In this document: piece by piece, positions 59,446-64,000 of the stretch
How the letters are laid out: each line of letters begins with the position of its first letter
How positions within the stretch are numbered: position 1 is the first letter of the stretch
The notes under the pieces: model-generated
Seen by the model: the letters and a program-made list of their open reading frames with translations, nothing else
Told to the model about the DNA's origin: nothing
The model's database searches: none
Source of the DNA: Chrysomallon squamiferum
Taxonomy: Eukaryota > Animalia > Mollusca
Length of the DNA: 64,000 nt
NCBI GenBank assembly: GCA_012295275.1
Contig: CM022673.1
Span: 12,090,001-12,154,000, forward strand
Direction of reading: 5' to 3'
Translations under genes and position numbers: made by a program

Positions 59446-60565
59446 ACTGTCTGAGTAGTGACTATGCTCTGTCATTCCATGTTGGTTCTGTAATTTCCAT
59501 ATCAATGCAATAACAATACTGATATTATGTCAGCATAATACTGGTACGTTTGAAAGTATTGATAGGTTTGTATAATTGTCAGTGTTAAGTCTCAGTCTAG
59601 TGTCAGAACACATGACAGTTCCATATCGGAAAAATGTTAAGTAATATTCTATGTATGTTGTGTTGTTACTCATTTTTCACAGCAAACGTTAATGATAAAA
59701 TATTGGTTTCTGTATGTGTGCATAAATTATGTGCAACCATCTAGTGTTTATTTCCGTATATTTCTGTTTTTCTTTTCCACATGTGTGCATGTATGTTAAT
59801 ACATTTATGGAATATATTAATATATAATCTACATTTAAACACACACACACACACACAGACACACACAATATTAATACATTTATAAACAAACAATTAATAT
59901 TCAACAAGTATGTACATATAAAAACAAACAGAGACACAACCAAATGTTTAGCATACTTTCTCATGCAGTCATTAGCCAATCTTCCAAAGAAACAATATTC
60001 AATGTATTGCACAATGTACATTTAGAGAATTTTTTCTATTGACAAATATAATATATCATACTTTATTATCATCAGATATTTGTTTAAAAATAACAAATAA
60101 AAATGTGCGTAGGTTACTTTTAAGTCTTACTTTATATACAAGTACAATGTACATTTAGAGAATATTTTCTTTTGACATATTTAATATATTTGTTCAAAAA
60201 ATAAACAAAAGTATTAACTGGCAATATATAAAATACATTTAAACTTCTTTTTTTATCAGCATTCCTTTATAGTAACACTTTAATTATATCTGCAGTTAAA
60301 TACTATCTTTTTGCTGAGTAACTAAGATGGGCATTCAAATCTGTGGATACAACTTGAATGAGGTTTAATCTAAACAATTCAGACATTGATGTTTTTACAT
60401 TGGATATTCCTGTTATTATAAATTAAAATAACATTTCTATTTTCAGCATTATAATTCATTCGACTAGAATTCAAGAGACATCACTGCTGATAATTTATAC
60501 TTGTCAATACTGAAATGAAATATATTCCAAACCACACCTCAAAATATTTAGTAACAGTGGTAATA

Positions 60566-60720
60566 CAGTGGAACCTGACTAAAATGACATCAGCTACAGC
60601 ACAAACCTGGACGTAAATTTACAATAATTTGAATGAATCCATATTCTTTCTTAAGTACCTCATATTTATGTGACCGAATGTTTTCGATCTAATGTAATGC
60701 ATTGTAACTGAATTCCACTG
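60566..60720. mobile_element. Tc1/mariner/pogo-type MITE
   Basis: TA|CAGTGGAA ... TTCCACTG|TA terminal inverted repeats with a TA target-site duplication. Confidence 0.55.
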
Positions 60721-60941
60721 TAATAAATAATAATATTACTGATAACAATAGTAAATTCACATTACAAGGAGTACATATCTTTTGTTAAGATTATAACACT
60801 ATTGCTTATATACATGAAGCCTCCACCTGAGTGACACAACTAACACACATGAGCAAATATCACAGATATTTCAAGGCTTCTGAACACGACTGGTAAGAAA
60901 AAAAGGAAATAAAAACACTATGATCATAATTTATACACACA

Positions 60942-60975
<34 letters not shown>

Positions 60976-61056
60976 AATAAGAAAATTATATTTGAACAAA
61001 AAATTTAAAAAAAAAAAAAAAAAAAAATCCCATAAAAAAAAAAAACCCCATCTACT

Positions 61057-61849
61057 TCATGGCTCTTCCATGCTTATCACCCTCTCTGGATTTTTGCGGA
61101 TGTACTGAACGGAGGTGTTCAAGTTTTCTGACGTGTACAACAAAAACTCGTCGAGCGTACTTTCTGTGCACTCGGCAATGAAATGTATGAACGGATGTAA
61201 ATCGCCCCGATTTGCTTCGTTCAGGGTCTCGTAGTACCTCGCCCTGTCTCCAACCTGAATTGAAACGGGTGGAAACCCGGCCTGCATCAGAATCAGGTTC
61301 ATCAGTAACCTCGAAGTCCTGCCGTTCCCGTCGTAGAATGGGTGAATGATGACGAGCTTGTAGTGAGCCAGAGCGGCATACTCTATGGGGTGCATTTCCA
61401 GAGCCTCGTCGCTGTTCAGCCACTCGACGAACTGGTCCATGAAGTCGTTAACCTGGGCTGGAGCTGGCGGCTGGAAATCTCCGACAAAAACCTGAGTTTT
61501 GCGAATGCGACCCGCTTCTGCGGGGTCAACGTGACCCAGCACCCGTTTGTGGATTTCTAGAATATCACTCATTTCTAAACTGCCCACTTTTCCCAGCAGG
61601 GTGCTGTTTATGTAGCTGAGAGCCGAGTCGAGTCCCAGCACCTCGTTCTGTTCGGCTAAACTTTTGCCTCCGACAGCGATTCTCGTCTCCACTATGGATC
61701 TTGTTTGTGCTAGAGTCAGCGTGTTGCCTTCTATGGCATTGGTGTGGAAGATGTGAAGAAAATATGCCTCTTTCTTTGCTCGTCTGAGTCCTGGGTGACT
61801 TGGCGGAACTTGATATAACTGATCTCTTTTCTTATCGATTCGGTTAAAT
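61057..61849 (-). CDS. FICD: FICD exon 3 (Fic domain)
   Basis: tttatag acceptor; TNAIEGN and HPFYDGNGR motifs; TGA stop. Confidence 0.96.
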
Positions 61850-63543
61850 CTATAAAAAAATAAAAAATATAAATAAAAAAACTATTGTCTTGCTTTAGCT
61901 ATTTTAAAATGTCAAGAACAAATATAAATGATTTTAAACCTTTTACTAGTGAATCTAACAATTTTGTTTTATTTGTTTTGTCAAATCAGAAGGGATACTT
62001 TTAAACACAAGTCCTGACTGAAGGTGAACACAACGTAATAGCACTGGGAGACCTGAAAAGGACTTAAGTAAAAACAAATAAATAAAATGAACTACACAAA
62101 TATACCTCTTTTGGTCAATTTCTTCAACTAGAGGTCTTGTTCTCTGTATATTTTTTAAAGCTTTTGAATGATCGGGATTCTCAACCAAAGCACGCCTGTA
62201 CAGGTGGTCAGCCCTAACAATGTCATGTTCAAAAATTTCTACAAATTCTCCAAAAGCTGCGAGGATGTCTGAATGTGAAGGGTCGAGAGACAGGGCATGT
62301 TGAAAGACTTTGAGAGCTCTTTCTGTTTTACCCTGTTCTTGTAGGTCAAGGGCAATGTTTAAAGCTGCAATAGCTTCTCTTTTAACATCTGAAAATAATG
62401 ATAATAATAAGACAAAGAAAATAATAAGATGATGATGAAGAAGATAATGATGATAATCATCATCATCGTGGGAAATAATAATAATAATAGTAATAATATT
62501 AATACTGAGAAGAAGAAAAAGAACATGATGATGATGATGCGAAATAATAGTAATAATAATAGTAGTAATAACAATAACATCATTATGATTCCAGTAATAA
62601 CAACTGTAATAATAATCATATTCAACATCCCAATAATTATAATAAAAATTTAAACAATAATAATTTAACATTAAAAATGTATTCAATTTGTAAAGTTCTG
62701 TACATTCTTTTTAGATAGTTATGTATTATATTGTCAATAAAACATTATAGAGAATTAAAGGAACTAATATTTGTTTATAAAGTTGTATTAAAAATAAATG
62801 AATTTGTGTTTAAGTTAAAAATATATTTATTTATTATTTAAAACAAACTGCTTTTTAACTTTAATTCGTTAATTCATAAAACAAAATTATTAAAAAATTG
62901 GAAAATAATTGAATTTACATGATTAGATATTTTAAAAATAATTACTAATGGTTAACATCGTTTAACGATTAAAATTATATTGCCAATATGTTTAATAAAC
63001 GTTAATTCTTACAGTAGACCAATATTCTTGCTCTTTTTCACTGTGAATAAAATCTATAGTAACCATTATTACCGTGCTGCCATAATTAGTGTATGTCACA
63101 TATTGATATTGAAACATATGTTATTACAAGTCGATACAAATTTAAACTTAAATTATATTATTTATAATCGTAACAGGTTACAGCTTACCTACCTCACCTG
63201 TTTAATGTCATATATAAATTCTCATTATAAGCAAATTATCTATATAATACATTATTATTATACCTTTATTTACAATAGCCTTCCTTTTTGGATGAATTAC
63301 AAGTGACGTTTCATGTGAAGGAAACGAAAGTGATTTAAATTTAGACGACCATGCCAGCTGGTTAAGATTCAAATTAATCAACAAACGTGGAAAGTAAGTG
63401 GCAATATACGCGACAGTTACACTAAAAAAAATAACAATAAATATAACGTTTCGTGACATTACTATTGGTACATAAGACTGTTTATGTCTCTTCAGTATTA
63501 TCAAAATTGAACTCTTAGAACAACTTGACAGCCAATCCGCCAT
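61057..63543 (-). CDS. FICD: FIC-domain protein adenylyltransferase FICD/HYPE (BiP AMPylase), 3 exons, 451 aa
   Basis: N-terminal hydrophobic anchor, TPR pair, inhibitory helix TNAIEGN and catalytic HPFYDGNGRTSR. Confidence 0.96.
62106..62388 (-). CDS. FICD: FICD exon 2 (TPR repeats)
   Basis: ttttcag acceptor, AG|gtatat donor; EAIAALN...ALSLDPSH. Confidence 0.93.
63264..63543 (-). CDS. FICD: FICD exon 1 (MADWL...TM segment...AIVNK)
   Basis: ATGG start (an in-frame ATG also exists at 63588); G|gtataa donor, phase 1. Confidence 0.75.
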
Positions 63544-63544
63544 A

Positions 63545-63870
63545 CTGACGAAACCGGAAGTATAGTGAGTTGTCAAAACCGAAAACATTAAAGTATTGAA
63601 CTATTAAGAGTAATAGTGGATTATATAAAATAATATTTATTTATGGATCTTCGACAAATAGTGGTCTTTGGCGAAAACCACTGTTATAAATAGTTACAAG
63701 GTGTTTTTGCTTTCAAAATATGCAGTAGTTTTAGCCTGATTATTACAAGTAATTATAATTATTTATTATTCTTTATCCGTTCACCATTTCGTAAAATATG
63801 AAATCTGTTAGAAGATTTGGTCAATTGTCATTGGCTAAGATAAATGTTTCCGGTTTCAGGAACACAAATG
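63545..63870 (-). promoter_or_regulatory. FICD proximal promoter region
   Basis: ETS-type CCGGAAGT at ~63554, CCAAT box (attgg on +) at ~63830 and TTCCGG at ~63848. Confidence 0.4.
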
Positions 63871-64000
63871 CACGTGTTAATCTCGGAAAATGGCCCTGTT
63901 TGCTATTCAGAGGTTAAACATTCAATGTTTAATATTTAATGATTTTTATTTTTGTTTCACCTTATAACATCATTCAAATTTAGGAAAATTGATTGACTAT

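Noticed and set aside
61052-61560. Alternative-frame and antisense ORFs over FICD exon 3 (similar ones at 14503-14827 and 19201-19648)
   Set aside because: Expected by-products of GC-richer coding sequence; no independent support.

Overview
AT-rich, microsatellite-dense animal genomic DNA with spliceosomal introns. The degenerate tRNA-derived SINEs resemble ones I recall from gastropod molluscs; that assignment is an inference. Four protein-coding genes were reconstructed by hand. (1) The 3' part of a KIF21-type kinesin-4 (+, 1605 to ~33164; coiled-coil stalk plus WD40 tail) has a GC-AG intron, candidate microexons, a candidate mutually exclusive or poison exon, and two alternative last exons. 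(2) An unrecognised 4-exon gene is nested antisense in the 10.6-kb KIF21 intron (-, 25060..17488). Its large third exon needs a +1 frame switch to reach the in-frame last exon. (3) A 571-aa ankyrin-repeat protein (+, 42980..55372) has 19 coding exons, all introns in phase 0, two GC donors and a candidate uORF-rich spliced leader. (4) FICD/HYPE AMPylase (-, 63543..61057, 451 aa) has a cluster of strong alternative donors behind in-frame stops. Most long ORFs in the supplied track are microsatellite artefacts. All exon models come from manual reading of splice signals and frames, without transcript data.
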